64,000 bases of DNA from an uncultured virus (IMG/VR IMGVR_UViG_3300031519_004497) (taxonomy: Duplodnaviria; Heunggongvirae; Uroviricota; Caudoviricetes), in IMG/VR virus record IMGVR_UViG_3300031519_004497. One strand, written 5' to 3'. Each line of letters begins with the position of its first letter. Within the stretch, counting starts at the first letter, position 1. The translations under genes were made by a program, and so were the position numbers. The notes beneath the pieces were generated by a model. It made no database searches, was not told where the DNA came from, and was given only the letters and a program-made list of their open reading frames with translations. Below, one piece after another: positions 45,020 to 55,184 of this stretch.

Positions 45020-45160
45020 TTATGTTACTCCTATCTTGACGGTACCTGAACGAGTCGTTACTGTGAATTCACCAACCGTCACCTCTACTTTAGTAGCTCC
45101 AACTCGAGTCGTTACTACAACGTGTCCTGACTGTGCAGGTTGCTCCCCTATATACGGCAT
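45020..45160 (-). CDS. Small structural-like protein (46 aa)
   Basis: AGGAG RBS; MPYIGEQPAQ...; similar to the MPFLGRSP start of 47782-48216. Confidence 0.5.
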   Translation of the reverse strand: MPYIGEQPAQSGHVVVTTRVGATKVEVTVGEFTVTTRSGTVKIGVT

Positions 45161-45169
45161 TATACTCTC

Positions 45170-45619
45170 CTAAAAGTCTGTTGCGTCGAAGGTGTCCAAG
45201 TCTTCATAAGTAGTAATAGCGTCTAATGCTGTTTCTTTCGTATTAGAGGCCGCACGAATAGCCGCACGTTCTGCGTATACTGCTACTAAAGTAGTACTGC
45301 CTGTTGCTGCATCTACTTCTGTAGCTCGCTCTACTTTCCAATTCGTTGCTTGAATCTGGGTCGCAGCTGCTTCTTTAATAATACGCAGTAGGGGTATTTT
45401 CATACTAGCTATTGTCCATTCGGTGTTGAGGAGGGTGTAAGCTGCCATAAGGTCTACACCTTCTGCTACTCCTGGAAACCCATCTACCCATTCATTCTCT
45501 ACTCTCTTATACCTATATCCGGTATTTTGATCGGCCCCTACGGGCAGCTCGATAGACCCCTCTACCTCAGAGCCGTATATAGTATGTATGTATCCGTGTG
45601 TATTAACTGTTGCAAACAT
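45170..45619 (-). CDS. Tail fibre chaperone-like protein
   Basis: ATNWKVERA...ERAAIRAASN pattern. Confidence 0.55.
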   Translation of the reverse strand: MFATVNTHGYIHTIYGSEVEGSIELPVGADQNTGYRYKRVENEWVDGFPGVAEGVDLMAAYTLLNTEWTIASMKIPLLRIIKEAAATQIQATNWKVERATEVDAATGSTTLVAVYAERAAIRAASNTKETALDAITTYEDLDTFDATDF

Positions 45620-45634
45620 TTCTAATTTCTCCTA

Positions 45635-47227
45635 TTATTGTGCGTCGTATGTGTTGTATGTGTTTTTAGAAGCTAGTACTATGGCTCTGTTATCGTACCT
45701 AACGTTTCTCCATATTGCCGTATAATCAGCGGTCTTGGTGACTGCATTATCCATTATATCACCCTCAGGCCAGTTGATCATAAGTACGTTTTCGTCGCCA
45801 CTATAGTCTCCACTCCCTCCGAAATAACGATCATAGCTTTCCCAGTTTAACTTAAATATACGCTGACCCTGACCATCACTATTTAAATTTCTCTTAATCA
45901 GGAAGTTTCTAGCTCCATAAGCACATACTCCCCAAGAATTAGCGGTATCCTGAGCTGTATGCATCTTAGTTGTCTTTCCTGTTTTTAAATTAATAAGTAC
46001 CATTCTAAGAGCGCCGTGGTACCGATGAGGGCTGCCGTATACACATACAAGCTCTCCATCTAAAGATTGTTGGTACTCGACCTTTCCCTGCCACGTAGCA
46101 TCCCAATCAGAAAAACTTTCAATGCTCCAGGAGTCGGCCTTAGCGTGAACAACTGGCGCAACAAACGCATTAGTACTCGAGTTGAATCCCCATTTATGTA
46201 GAGTCTGTACAGCGGGGGTAGTATTGCTAGCCTCTTGCATGTAATAAATAGTGTTATCATCGCATAATACAGGTCGAGCAAAGATTCCAGCTTCCCCATA
46301 TTCGTAGCCATCCGGACCAGCATTTGCCCCTACTACCCTATTTCCAGAAACTGCCAAAGCTGCAGTAAGAAGAACTTGGTACTCTCTTTCCTTTTCTATG
46401 TAAAGCCCGGGATCAGGAGCGTTCTTACAAATTACTGGCCTCCACCTATTCTCAGTATTATTATTATTGACGTGAAGTTTTTCAAGTATACATAAAGTTT
46501 TTGATCTTTGGTTGTAACAAATACCCCCTATCGCCACCCTGTAGTTGGGTGTCACAAATCCGGATGCGAGCAGGTCTACCCTATTAGCAGTTGCAGTATT
46601 GGCCATGTAGTCCATATCACCATATATATTAACGTTACTGCCTGTTATATCACCGTTTGCACTGTCTTTGTAAGCCATAAGAGCTGAAGCAGGTACGTTT
46701 GGCCTAATATAGAAGCCGGCGGATGTTGTGCCTGCTGTACCATACATTCTGCCATTCCACCGTGTAAAAAGATTATAATGTTGGTCTAATCCAAAAGTAG
46801 AGCCGACGCAAGCATTCTTCCACCCCTCTCTATAAGGAAAAGAGCCAAGAATTGGGTCGCCTCCAGTGGGCTTAAGAGGTACTTGGAATTGTGCATGGCC
46901 TAAAGGCCCGTTAAAGATCGCTGGACTGCCCCCGCCCTGCTCAGGGTACTGGGTGCTTGTTGTAACCAATGCTGCTGTAGTGTTGGCACTTCCAGCAAAG
47001 TCTCCTGCTGCATAGTTGATAAAATTGGTACTATTAGCAGCATTGCTATCACCCCCGATTGTTCCTGGAAAGCGTTCTACTCCCAGACATTGCAAGTTAT
47101 GGTTATACAGTCCGACGGCACTTTGGTTATTATATCCTGCGCCCCAAATGGCAAAGGCTACTTGATTCATAGGGTCTTGTTCTATTTGCTTCTGAGAAGC
47201 TCCAAAAAAGTTCGATAATTTACTCAT
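45635..47227 (-). CDS. Putative receptor-binding/fibre tip protein
   Basis: 530 aa, N/G/Y-rich; MSKLSNFFG start; followed by a chaperone-like gene. Confidence 0.5.
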   Translation of the reverse strand: MSKLSNFFGASQKQIEQDPMNQVAFAIWGAGYNNQSAVGLYNHNLQCLGVERFPGTIGGDSNAANSTNFINYAAGDFAGSANTTAALVTTSTQYPEQGGGSPAIFNGPLGHAQFQVPLKPTGGDPILGSFPYREGWKNACVGSTFGLDQHYNLFTRWNGRMYGTAGTTSAGFYIRPNVPASALMAYKDSANGDITGSNVNIYGDMDYMANTATANRVDLLASGFVTPNYRVAIGGICYNQRSKTLCILEKLHVNNNNTENRWRPVICKNAPDPGLYIEKEREYQVLLTAALAVSGNRVVGANAGPDGYEYGEAGIFARPVLCDDNTIYYMQEASNTTPAVQTLHKWGFNSSTNAFVAPVVHAKADSWSIESFSDWDATWQGKVEYQQSLDGELVCVYGSPHRYHGALRMVLINLKTGKTTKMHTAQDTANSWGVCAYGARNFLIKRNLNSDGQGQRIFKLNWESYDRYFGGSGDYSGDENVLMINWPEGDIMDNAVTKTADYTAIWRNVRYDNRAIVLASKNTYNTYDAQ

Positions 47228-47229
47228 GG

Positions 47230-47781
47230 TTAAAAGGCCCTCCAGCCGTACGTTGCACTATGGTACATAAATGTGATTGTTGTGTGGGTGCTGTCTATAG
47301 TCATTGGCTCTGCAAGCCCCATAATTTTTTCCGAACCATTTGGAGCTACTACTGTATCTGCAAAGCTTCCTACAGAAACATAAATTCTGCTTTGGCCTGC
47401 CACGCCTGCGGGTAGAGTCATTGTTTTTCCTGCTGCAGTCACCAGTACAAACTCATTATTAACTAGTGTCTTATTGACCGCTGTTACTGTGCCCGAAGGG
47501 TGTTGAGTATAACTAGAAGCTTGGTTAGATACTGCTGTTACTTGAGTACTCCCTGCGGAGTTCACAGCAGCAACACTAGTATTTCCTTGTGTCACTACTC
47601 TAGCTTCTTGAGTGTCTCCTTCCGCAATTATTTCACTAACTGTGCTAGGAACTGTGAGAGCTTCGAGTGCTTTTCCAAGAAAAACTAGATCCTTAGGATC
47701 AGTTGTACTCGCGGCAAGCGTAGAAGCCTTAGATTGAATCGCAGTTATCTGCGCTGAAAAGTCTGTATTAGTAGTCGGCAT
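47230..47781 (-). CDS. Fibre adaptor/structural protein
   Basis: TMTLPAG...YGWR C-terminal domain, shared with 55185-56720. Confidence 0.55.
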   Translation of the reverse strand: MPTTNTDFSAQITAIQSKASTLAASTTDPKDLVFLGKALEALTVPSTVSEIIAEGDTQEARVVTQGNTSVAAVNSAGSTQVTAVSNQASSYTQHPSGTVTAVNKTLVNNEFVLVTAAGKTMTLPAGVAGQSRIYVSVGSFADTVVAPNGSEKIMGLAEPMTIDSTHTTITFMYHSATYGWRAF

Positions 47782-48216
47782 TTATAGCACCCCCAGGTTT
47801 AATAAATTTTCGTCTTCTAGCGCGATTATCCTAGTAGCTAGAGCAGCGCTAGAAGAAGCAGCTGTCTCTAGTGTAGTTATCCTATTGGCTAGCGTGGTAG
47901 ATAGTTTAGAATTTGTAACGACACCATCGGGCACTGCTACAGTTTTAGTTATTGCTTCACTTGATATAATATAATCTATTACGTCGTTACTTGTTAGAGC
48001 ACTGGCAAATATAAGCTGTGTTCCGGATACGGTATAACCGTTAATTGGTGCTTGGGTTACTCCGTTTAAAGATACTATTAAAGAAGCGGCCCCTACGGGA
48101 GCGTAGGCAACCGAGTCTTTTGTTAAATTGTATGTTGCTGTAGCAGAGGCAGAGATAGCGTCTAATAAGACATTATTCTTTCCTGCTACATCTGGTGATC
48201 TTCCTAAAAATGGCAT
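47782..48216 (-). CDS. Structural protein
   Basis: VSLNGVTQ.P..YTVSGTQLIF module. Confidence 0.55.
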   Translation of the reverse strand: MPFLGRSPDVAGKNNVLLDAISASATATYNLTKDSVAYAPVGAASLIVSLNGVTQAPINGYTVSGTQLIFASALTSNDVIDYIISSEAITKTVAVPDGVVTNSKLSTTLANRITTLETAASSSAALATRIIALEDENLLNLGVL

Positions 48217-48228
48217 TCTATTCTCCTA

Positions 48229-49803
48229 TTATACTGCATATCTTATGATTACTATTCCTGAACCGCCTGCTGCACCATAGTTGCCAGTGTATCCACCAGC
48301 ACCACCACCACCTCCAGTGTTAACCGTTCCTGCAACAGGTGTTGTGGGAGATAAAGAAGTATCAGGGCCTCCTCTGCCTCCTCCACCATTGCCTCCTGCC
48401 CCTTGTTGACCATTTGTTCCATCAGGGAAGCCACCGCCTGCTCCCCCACCACCAGCGTAATAAATACCATTCAGCCAAGCAGCGCCTACACCTCCATCAC
48501 CTCCCTGATGGTTTGATCCTCCATCACCCCCTACAGCGCCTTTTCCTCCTCCACCGCCAGAGCCTGAGTATGTGCTACCACTTATATGACATAATCCGCC
48601 TCCGTTACCTTGTCCTGAAGTGCCGTTGCTTCTGTTGGGATTGTATGATGAGCCTCCTCCAGAGCCCCCATCTCGTCCTAGACCTACCCTATCTGGAAAA
48701 CCCCCACCTCCGCCTCCACCGATACAAGTAGTTTGGCCTGTTGCGGTAGTATTACTTCCGCTGTTACCACTATAAGCACCGGTTATTGCAGCACCTCCTG
48801 CACCTATGACAATACTAACTGTTCCATTTAAATTGGGGGTTGAGGCTATCATACCTCCTGCACCTCCGCCCCCTCGATTACCACTACCGGTAGTATTAGC
48901 ACTAGGGCCTCCGCCTCCGCCTGCTACCATAAGCATCTGCACCGCCCCTGACATATTAGCAACAAAGTTACCTGAGGAAGTAAATGTATGATATCTATAA
49001 CCTCCAGCAGTAGTTATAGTTCCTCCAGTAGGATCGAACACTTGAGTAATTGTCTGTGTATACGCTTGAGTTGCAAAAGCGCCTCCAGCATCTGATGCTC
49101 TAATAACAAAGTTATAGGTAGCATTTGCTTGGTTAGTAGCAGTACCTGTAAGAGTAGTATTTCCTGCAGTAGGAAGTACTGCCCCAGCTGGAAGAGTGCC
49201 CGACTGTAAAGTATAAATTAGATTAGCATCAACACTCTCAACATCAGCAAAGTTAAGCCCTAGATTATAGCTAAAAGTGCTGAACCCTAATTGGGTTGGA
49301 ATAGTAACTGTTCCACCTGTAGGAACCGGAGGTGTATTAGTGTCTAGTGGCAGCCATGCTGTACCATTACTAAGATAAAGCTTATCTGTAGTAGTATTAT
49401 AGTATAAAGTGCCTTCAGAAGCCACAGAAGGAACGGAGGAAAGCTTTTGTATTGTTGCAGGAGTAATAAAGGACATAGCTCCTGAACCATCAGTAGAGAG
49501 TACCTGACCTGCGCTACCGTCTGTGACGGCTAACTTTGCTATGTTAACAGCATTAGTTGCTATAGTAAGAGCAGCCGCGCCTGTTACGTCGCCGGTATGC
49601 GTAGCGTTAGTCACCTTCGCAGTATTAGCAGTTATAGCACTGTTAATAGAGTTAGCTAACTGGTCTGCAGTAACAGCATCGTCTGCGATCTTAGCTGTCG
49701 TAACCGCATCGTCCGCAAGAACAGTGTTAACCTTAGACGCAGGAACAGTGTCGGAAGCAGTACTCATTAAATTGGCAAGCCTACGGGCTTTAGAAAATGC
49801 CAT
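48229..49803 (-). CDS. Glycine-rich fibre protein, paralog 1
   Basis: ADDAVT repeats, Ig-like module, YHTFTSSG + Gly-rich domain, GSGIVIIRYAV end. Confidence 0.7.
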   Translation of the reverse strand: MAFSKARRLANLMSTASDTVPASKVNTVLADDAVTTAKIADDAVTADQLANSINSAITANTAKVTNATHTGDVTGAAALTIATNAVNIAKLAVTDGSAGQVLSTDGSGAMSFITPATIQKLSSVPSVASEGTLYYNTTTDKLYLSNGTAWLPLDTNTPPVPTGGTVTIPTQLGFSTFSYNLGLNFADVESVDANLIYTLQSGTLPAGAVLPTAGNTTLTGTATNQANATYNFVIRASDAGGAFATQAYTQTITQVFDPTGGTITTAGGYRYHTFTSSGNFVANMSGAVQMLMVAGGGGGPSANTTGSGNRGGGGAGGMIASTPNLNGTVSIVIGAGGAAITGAYSGNSGSNTTATGQTTCIGGGGGGGFPDRVGLGRDGGSGGGSSYNPNRSNGTSGQGNGGGLCHISGSTYSGSGGGGGKGAVGGDGGSNHQGGDGGVGAAWLNGIYYAGGGGAGGGFPDGTNGQQGAGGNGGGGRGGPDTSLSPTTPVAGTVNTGGGGGAGGYTGNYGAAGGSGIVIIRYAV

Positions 49804-50138
49804 TAGGTTATCTCCATAATTCCAAGTGTTACATCAAGTGCGGTTGCAGTACCCGACTTAACTCTTAACACGTCTGTAGCTTCTAGTATATATTTTTGCC
49901 CTGCTAATACTTCCAAGGTGGTACGTCCAGGTATACTCACAGTATCAAGAATTTGAAAGTCTGCACTTGAAGCTGAAGTATCTTGCATTTGGACAGTTGC
50001 ATCAACAGCATTTGCTGTCTTATTACAAATTGCCATGCCAAGAATTACCGTAGTTGTACCAGACGCAACAGTATACAAATCAACATATGCTGAATGGTTT
50101 ACGTTTGCTGCGAAAGCATTTTTGAAAGTATTAGCCAT
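49803..50138 (-). CDS. Conserved phage structural protein
   Basis: MANTFKN...LYTV...KYILEATD...IMEIT. Confidence 0.6.
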   Translation of the reverse strand: MANTFKNAFAANVNHSAYVDLYTVASGTTTVILGMAICNKTANAVDATVQMQDTSASSADFQILDTVSIPGRTTLEVLAGQKYILEATDVLRVKSGTATALDVTLGIMEIT

Positions 50139-50142
50139 AGTT

Positions 50143-50499
50143 TTATCCTAATGCGATTGCCAGTGCTGTGGCGTCGTCTACTGTTGCCCGTGATGTCAAA
50201 TCGCTCTGTGTTGCGAAGTTAGTAGCGGTAGTTGTTGTAAAGGTCACTTTTCCTGTATCTGTAGTAAGTACATCATCTGTTGCAGCACCATTTGTCAGCA
50301 CTACAGAAGTTCCGTTGCTTGCTGCGTAGTCTACGCCGTTATCTAGTAGTATTCCGTTTAAAAATACTAGTATATCCCCTACCGTGTAACTGACAGAGAA
50401 TGTAGTCTGATTATTTGTACACACAAATTCCGTAACGGAAGTCGAGGATACATGCCCCGTTATAGCGGCGATACTTGATGCTATAGGGGAAGAACTCAT
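50143..50499 (-). CDS. Structural protein
   Basis: VFLNGILL...DY.ASNGTSVVL; ALAIALG C-terminus. Confidence 0.6.
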   Translation of the reverse strand: MSSSPIASSIAAITGHVSSTSVTEFVCTNNQTTFSVSYTVGDILVFLNGILLDNGVDYAASNGTSVVLTNGAATDDVLTTDTGKVTFTTTTATNFATQSDLTSRATVDDATALAIALG

Positions 50500-50846
50500 T
50501 CTGGAGCGTCTACTGCATCCCAGGATGTAGTATCTTCATTCCACCCATAAGATTTACCATCATCTGGGTAAGCTGTAGGAGCTTCCCACAGATAAGTATC
50601 TGCATTCTTTGTCCAGCTAGCGAAAGGCTGTGCTGAGTAGAAACCAGTTCCATCATATAGCGAGCCAATTCCTGCATAGTTCTTTCTCAGAGGTGTTTCT
50701 CCGTTCGCGTGAACATTTCCGTATGTGTTATACGAGGTCTGAACCCACTCTCCAGGAGAGGAGTCTACGAACGTATCAAAGAACTCTGCCTCTGCTACGA
50801 TTACCTGCTCTACTATTCCATTGTTTACTTTTGCATAATGTGCCAT
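50496..50846 (-). CDS. Conserved phage protein accompanying Gly-rich fibres
   Basis: MAHYAKV, WVQTSYN, RKNYAGIG, WNEDTTSW. Confidence 0.65.
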   Translation of the reverse strand: MAHYAKVNNGIVEQVIVAEAEFFDTFVDSSPGEWVQTSYNTYGNVHANGETPLRKNYAGIGSLYDGTGFYSAQPFASWTKNADTYLWEAPTAYPDDGKSYGWNEDTTSWDAVDAPE

Positions 50847-50858
50847 TTTTTGTCTCCT

Positions 50859-52304
50859 TTAGACTGCGTATCTTATAATTACTATTCCTGATGCACCTGA
50901 ACCTGCGTTAGTATTTTTATTACCCCCGCCACCGCCTCCAGTATTTACAGCGCCAGCGGTGTTGGAATCTCCCCCACCTCCGTTACCTCCTGTAGAGGCG
51001 GATACGTTTCCGCCATTACCACCACCACCACCTGCGAAGTAACCACTATCACCCGTACTTGTAGCACTCGCCCAAGTAGCATAAGTATTAGTTCCAATAC
51101 CTCCTTCGCCAGTTCCTACATTTCTACCAGCAGCACCAACAGCGCCTTTACCGCCACCACCACCACCGCCGAAAGCTGAGGACCCCGAGCCTTGGCCACC
51201 AGCATTACCTTGGCCTGCTGTACCGCTCCCGCCAAGCTCCACTTGTGGGCCTCCACCACCAGAACCTCCACTACCTGCGTTAGCATAAACATAACCAGAA
51301 ATACTGCCGCTAGGGTGTGAACCACCACCACCACCACCGATAGCAGTTGTAAGCCCTGTAACTGTAGTATTACCCCCTTGTGTACCAGGTGCACCGTTGG
51401 CCCCTGATTGACTACCACCTGCTCCAACAGCAATAGTTTTGTTAGAGCTTAGGGTGAAAGCTTCATAAATAAACCCTCCAGCTCCGCCGCCACCTGCTCC
51501 CCGGCCACCACTATACTGGTCTCGGCCCCCGCCACCGCCTCCAGCTAAAATAATAGCTTGTGCGCTTTCAGTTTTATTACCGAAAGTTAAAGTTCCTGAT
51601 GAAGTAAAAGTATGATATCTATAACCTCCAGAGGTAGTAATTGTACCTCCTGTAGTAGCGACAAAAGCTGTGATTGTCTGTGTATACGCTTGAGTTACAA
51701 AAGCGCCTCCAGCATCTGATGCTCTAATAACAAAGTTATAGGTAGCAGTTGCTTGGTTAGTAGCAGTACCTGTAAGAGTAGTACTTCCTACTGCAGGAAG
51801 TACTGCTCCTGCTGGAAGAGTTCCCGACTCTAAAGTATAAACTAGATTAGCATCAACACTCTCAACATCAGTAAAGTTAAGCCCTAGATTATAACTAAAA
51901 GTGCTTAGCCCTAATTGGGTTGGAATAGTAACTGTTCCACCTGTAGGAACCGGAGGTGAATTAGTATCTAGAGGAAGCCATGCTGTACCATTACTAAGAT
52001 AAAGCTTATCTGTAGTAGTATTATAGTATAAAGTGCCTTCAGAGCCTACAGAAGGAGCAGAGGAAAGTTTTGCTATTGTGGCATCTGCTGCTAATTTAGC
52101 TGCGGTTATGGCTCCGTCCGCTACCTTAACTGTAGTAACTGCATTCGCCGCCAGCTCAGACACTGTGATTGCATTTGCGGCGATGTCTTCGGCCACAATA
52201 ACATCTACACCAATTTTTGCAGTGGTTACAGCATTGGAAGCTAACAGGTCTGTTGTAACAGCTCCGCTACTTAATGATCTACTATTTAATTTAGTTATTG
52301 CCAC
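50859..52304 (-). CDS. Glycine-rich fibre protein, paralog 2
   Basis: Same architecture; ends GASGIVIIRYAV. Confidence 0.7.
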   Translation of the reverse strand: MAITKLNSRSLSSGAVTTDLLASNAVTTAKIGVDVIVAEDIAANAITVSELAANAVTTVKVADGAITAAKLAADATIAKLSSAPSVGSEGTLYYNTTTDKLYLSNGTAWLPLDTNSPPVPTGGTVTIPTQLGLSTFSYNLGLNFTDVESVDANLVYTLESGTLPAGAVLPAVGSTTLTGTATNQATATYNFVIRASDAGGAFVTQAYTQTITAFVATTGGTITTSGGYRYHTFTSSGTLTFGNKTESAQAIILAGGGGGGRDQYSGGRGAGGGGAGGFIYEAFTLSSNKTIAVGAGGSQSGANGAPGTQGGNTTVTGLTTAIGGGGGGSHPSGSISGYVYANAGSGGSGGGGPQVELGGSGTAGQGNAGGQGSGSSAFGGGGGGGKGAVGAAGRNVGTGEGGIGTNTYATWASATSTGDSGYFAGGGGGNGGNVSASTGGNGGGGDSNTAGAVNTGGGGGGNKNTNAGSGASGIVIIRYAV

Positions 52305-52316
52305 TGTGTGCCTCCC

Positions 52317-53840
52317 TTAGACTGCGTATCTTATGATTACTATACCGCTAGAACCGTTTCCACCCCCGGTGTACCCACCAGTCGGGTAACCTCCCCCACC
52401 GCCTGAACCTCTGTTTGCGGGGGTTGCGTTATGGCCTGCTCTATTGCTGCTTGTTTCTCCATATCCCCCACTGCCTCCAACACCACTGCCTCCCACGCCT
52501 TGCGCGTTGCTATTATTTCTATAAGAGGCACCTCCACCACCTCCTGCATAAAAGTTACCTAAAGATTTCCAGTTTAATCCTATACCCCCACCTCCAGCTA
52601 CTGCACTAGTACTACCTGCACTTCCATTACCTCCTACACCTGCCTTGCCTCCGCCGCCTCCGGCGTCTCCATAAGATGTTCCAACCCCTGTTCCTCCCGC
52701 ATTTCCTTGCCCAGAAGTTCCAGCACCTCCGGCAGTACTATTAGCGTCTCTTCCTGAACCTCCACCTGACCCTCCTGCCACGCCGCCTCCATTACCTCCT
52801 GCACCTGCACCTCCTCCAATAGCTGTAGCAGAAAAAGCGACTGTATTTGAACCGCTTGCTCCGTTTCCTCCGGTTCCATTAGTAGTAGTATCAGAACCTG
52901 CACCGCCTGCCCCTATTGTAATTGTGTAGGATGTTGCTGATACTGTAGAGCTATTAGTCTCAATTAAGCCTCCCGCACCACCACCTCCACCTGCGAAGTA
53001 ACCAGATCCTCCGCCCGCACCACCTGCTAATGTCATGATATCAACAGAACCTGACGTATTACCTACAAAAGCACCAGAAGATGTAAACGTGTGGTACTTA
53101 TATCCTCCAGCAGTAGTTATAGTTCCTCCTGTACCTACAAAGGTAAGAGCAATTACCTGAGTATAGGCTTGGGTAGCAGAAGCTCCTTCGCTGTCAGTTG
53201 CTCTAATAACAAAGTTATAGGTAGCTGCGGTATTAGTAGCAGTACCTGTAAGAGCAGTATTTCCTGATGTAGGAAGTACCGCTCCAGCTGGTAAAGTGCC
53301 TGAGGCAAGTGTATAAGTTAGGTTTGCATCAGGACTATCGGCATCTGAAAAGTTAAGCCCTAGATTATAGCTAAAAGTGCTGAACCCTAGCTGAGACGAA
53401 ATAGTAACAGTTCCTCCTGTCGCTGCTGGAGGGAGGTTACCGACAACCTGCCATGCGGTGCCATCGCTAGCATGAAGTAAGTTGCTAGTAGTATTATAGT
53501 ATAAAGACCCTTCCGAAGCTACAGAAGGCGCTGAAGACTGAATATCAACACCTGCAGGTACTGCGGCCCAAGCGTTATCGCCCCGAAGGAAAGTTGTATT
53601 TGAAGGACTACCTGTAGCACTTAGCATAGGAATATCTACAGCATCAACGGCTATAGTAAGAGCCGTCCCACCTGTTACATCACCTGTATGTGTAGCATTT
53701 GTTACTTTAGCCGTGTTAGCAGTTATAGCACTGTTAATAGAGTTAGCTAACTGGTCTGCAGTAACTGCATCGTCTGCTATAAGTGCAGTAGTAACTGCAT
53801 CATCAGCAATCATATCCCCTGTTATTTTAGTTTGTGCCAT
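52317..53840 (-). CDS. Glycine-rich fibre protein, paralog 3
   Basis: Same architecture; ends GSSGIVIIRYAV. Confidence 0.7.
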   Translation of the reverse strand: MAQTKITGDMIADDAVTTALIADDAVTADQLANSINSAITANTAKVTNATHTGDVTGGTALTIAVDAVDIPMLSATGSPSNTTFLRGDNAWAAVPAGVDIQSSAPSVASEGSLYYNTTSNLLHASDGTAWQVVGNLPPAATGGTVTISSQLGFSTFSYNLGLNFSDADSPDANLTYTLASGTLPAGAVLPTSGNTALTGTATNTAATYNFVIRATDSEGASATQAYTQVIALTFVGTGGTITTAGGYKYHTFTSSGAFVGNTSGSVDIMTLAGGAGGGSGYFAGGGGGAGGLIETNSSTVSATSYTITIGAGGAGSDTTTNGTGGNGASGSNTVAFSATAIGGGAGAGGNGGGVAGGSGGGSGRDANSTAGGAGTSGQGNAGGTGVGTSYGDAGGGGGKAGVGGNGSAGSTSAVAGGGGIGLNWKSLGNFYAGGGGGASYRNNSNAQGVGGSGVGGSGGYGETSSNRAGHNATPANRGSGGGGGYPTGGYTGGGNGSSGIVIIRYAV

Positions 53841-53841
53841 T

Positions 53842-54156
53842 CTAGCTTCCTAATACCGGCTTCGTGTCTGGAAAGTCAGAAGTTGAAGGCCAATCTCTGA
53901 GGGCTGCTCTGTAAATAAGTATGTTATCTCGATTAGGCCAATCTGGTGTTTGAGAAGCTGCGTCTGTTCCCTTAAGTTCCTCATCTCTCCACATTCTTGC
54001 TTTTTCTACGTCAGTTAGCATGTCTTCCAACGTAAGTTCGGGGTCTACGATTTCTTCGTACTGATAATTTGGGTAAACGTCTTGTGCAGAGGCTAAATCT
54101 GCGTTTATTTGATTAACATAGTTTCCGTCGAGATCAGTGATTTTTATAATACTCAT
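53842..54156 (-). CDS. Tail fibre assembly chaperone
   Basis: ARMWRDEELKGTD...YRAALRDWP..FP. Confidence 0.75.
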   Translation of the reverse strand: MSIIKITDLDGNYVNQINADLASAQDVYPNYQYEEIVDPELTLEDMLTDVEKARMWRDEELKGTDAASQTPDWPNRDNILIYRAALRDWPSTSDFPDTKPVLGS

Positions 54157-54158
54157 TC

Positions 54159-55181
54159 TTAAGTCCCCACTGTCAAAGGCATAATGATGATTACGCCATT
54201 ACCGCCCACCCCGCCGTAAGCTGCTACCCCAGCATTGTAAAAACTACATGAGCCTCCGCCTCCGCCAGCAACTCCATCGCTACCCCGTCCGGTGTAGCTG
54301 GCTCCAGCAATCTGCATTCCAGCGCCTCCGGTAAAAGGGCTTGAACCTGCCGGATATCGGTATTGAGTTGCGTTAGCTGGTGCCGCGAGTTGTACGGGGC
54401 GACCTGTATAGTTTATCGAGTTGTGCCATCTATTAGGGTGGCTCGCGTAGCCGTTTGCTGAAATATCCCGTACCATTTGCTGAATACCCTTAAAGATGTC
54501 TCCCGTCAAAACTGAGTTGCCTGTTATTCCACCTTCCCCAGTAGGGATACTAGTAATGCCTACATCCCGACTACGAAACGGCCCGCCACCTTGGACTATC
54601 GTGTTGTTGCCGGTAGCCCTTAAATTATCCTCTCCGGCTTCCCAAATACCAACGCCCCCGCCAGAACACGCGTTTGCAAGGTTATAGTAAACCCCTCGGT
54701 TTGGGCCTCCACCTCCAGTGTTATTCGCTATATTTCCTCCCGTTGCTGTTCCTCCCGCTACAGTGCCAGAGACTTGACTTCCACTGCCGGCACCGCCGGA
54801 ACCCGCACCGCCTCCATTCCCCACCATTGTGGTAATTCCGCTACCTGCGAGAGAAGAGCTTCCACCCGCGCCGCCGTCTCCCACGCCAGTATTTTGGCTC
54901 TGTGTTCGGGAGCCGCTGCTCCCGCGTGAGCCTACTACGACCGTGTAGTCTTGTGCAGCGAAAGTCAATTTACTGATCGAACAACCCCCACCCCCACCTC
55001 CATTGGTAATAACTTGACTACCACTGTTTGCAAAACCGCCAGCACCGCCGCCACCTGCTCCGATCACAAAAACCATTGCTTCCATAGCCATTGGACAAGT
55101 CCAAGTTCTGCTAGTTTGAAAAACTATTGTTGGGAATGGAGTATTACCACCGCCACCACCGCCACCTAATTTTACTGGCAT
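54159..55181 (-). CDS. Glycine-rich fibre tip protein
   Basis: FQTSRTWTCP...VIGAGGGG...GGNGVIII. Confidence 0.6.
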   Translation of the reverse strand: MPVKLGGGGGGGNTPFPTIVFQTSRTWTCPMAMEAMVFVIGAGGGGAGGFANSGSQVITNGGGGGGCSISKLTFAAQDYTVVVGSRGSSGSRTQSQNTGVGDGGAGGSSSLAGSGITTMVGNGGGAGSGGAGSGSQVSGTVAGGTATGGNIANNTGGGGPNRGVYYNLANACSGGGVGIWEAGEDNLRATGNNTIVQGGGPFRSRDVGITSIPTGEGGITGNSVLTGDIFKGIQQMVRDISANGYASHPNRWHNSINYTGRPVQLAAPANATQYRYPAGSSPFTGGAGMQIAGASYTGRGSDGVAGGGGGSCSFYNAGVAAYGGVGGNGVIIIMPLTVGT

Positions 55182-55184
55182 CTT

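Noticed and set aside
48229..53840. Diversity-generating retroelement template/variable repeats
   Set aside because: No reverse transcriptase in the window, and the differences between repeats are not adenine-specific
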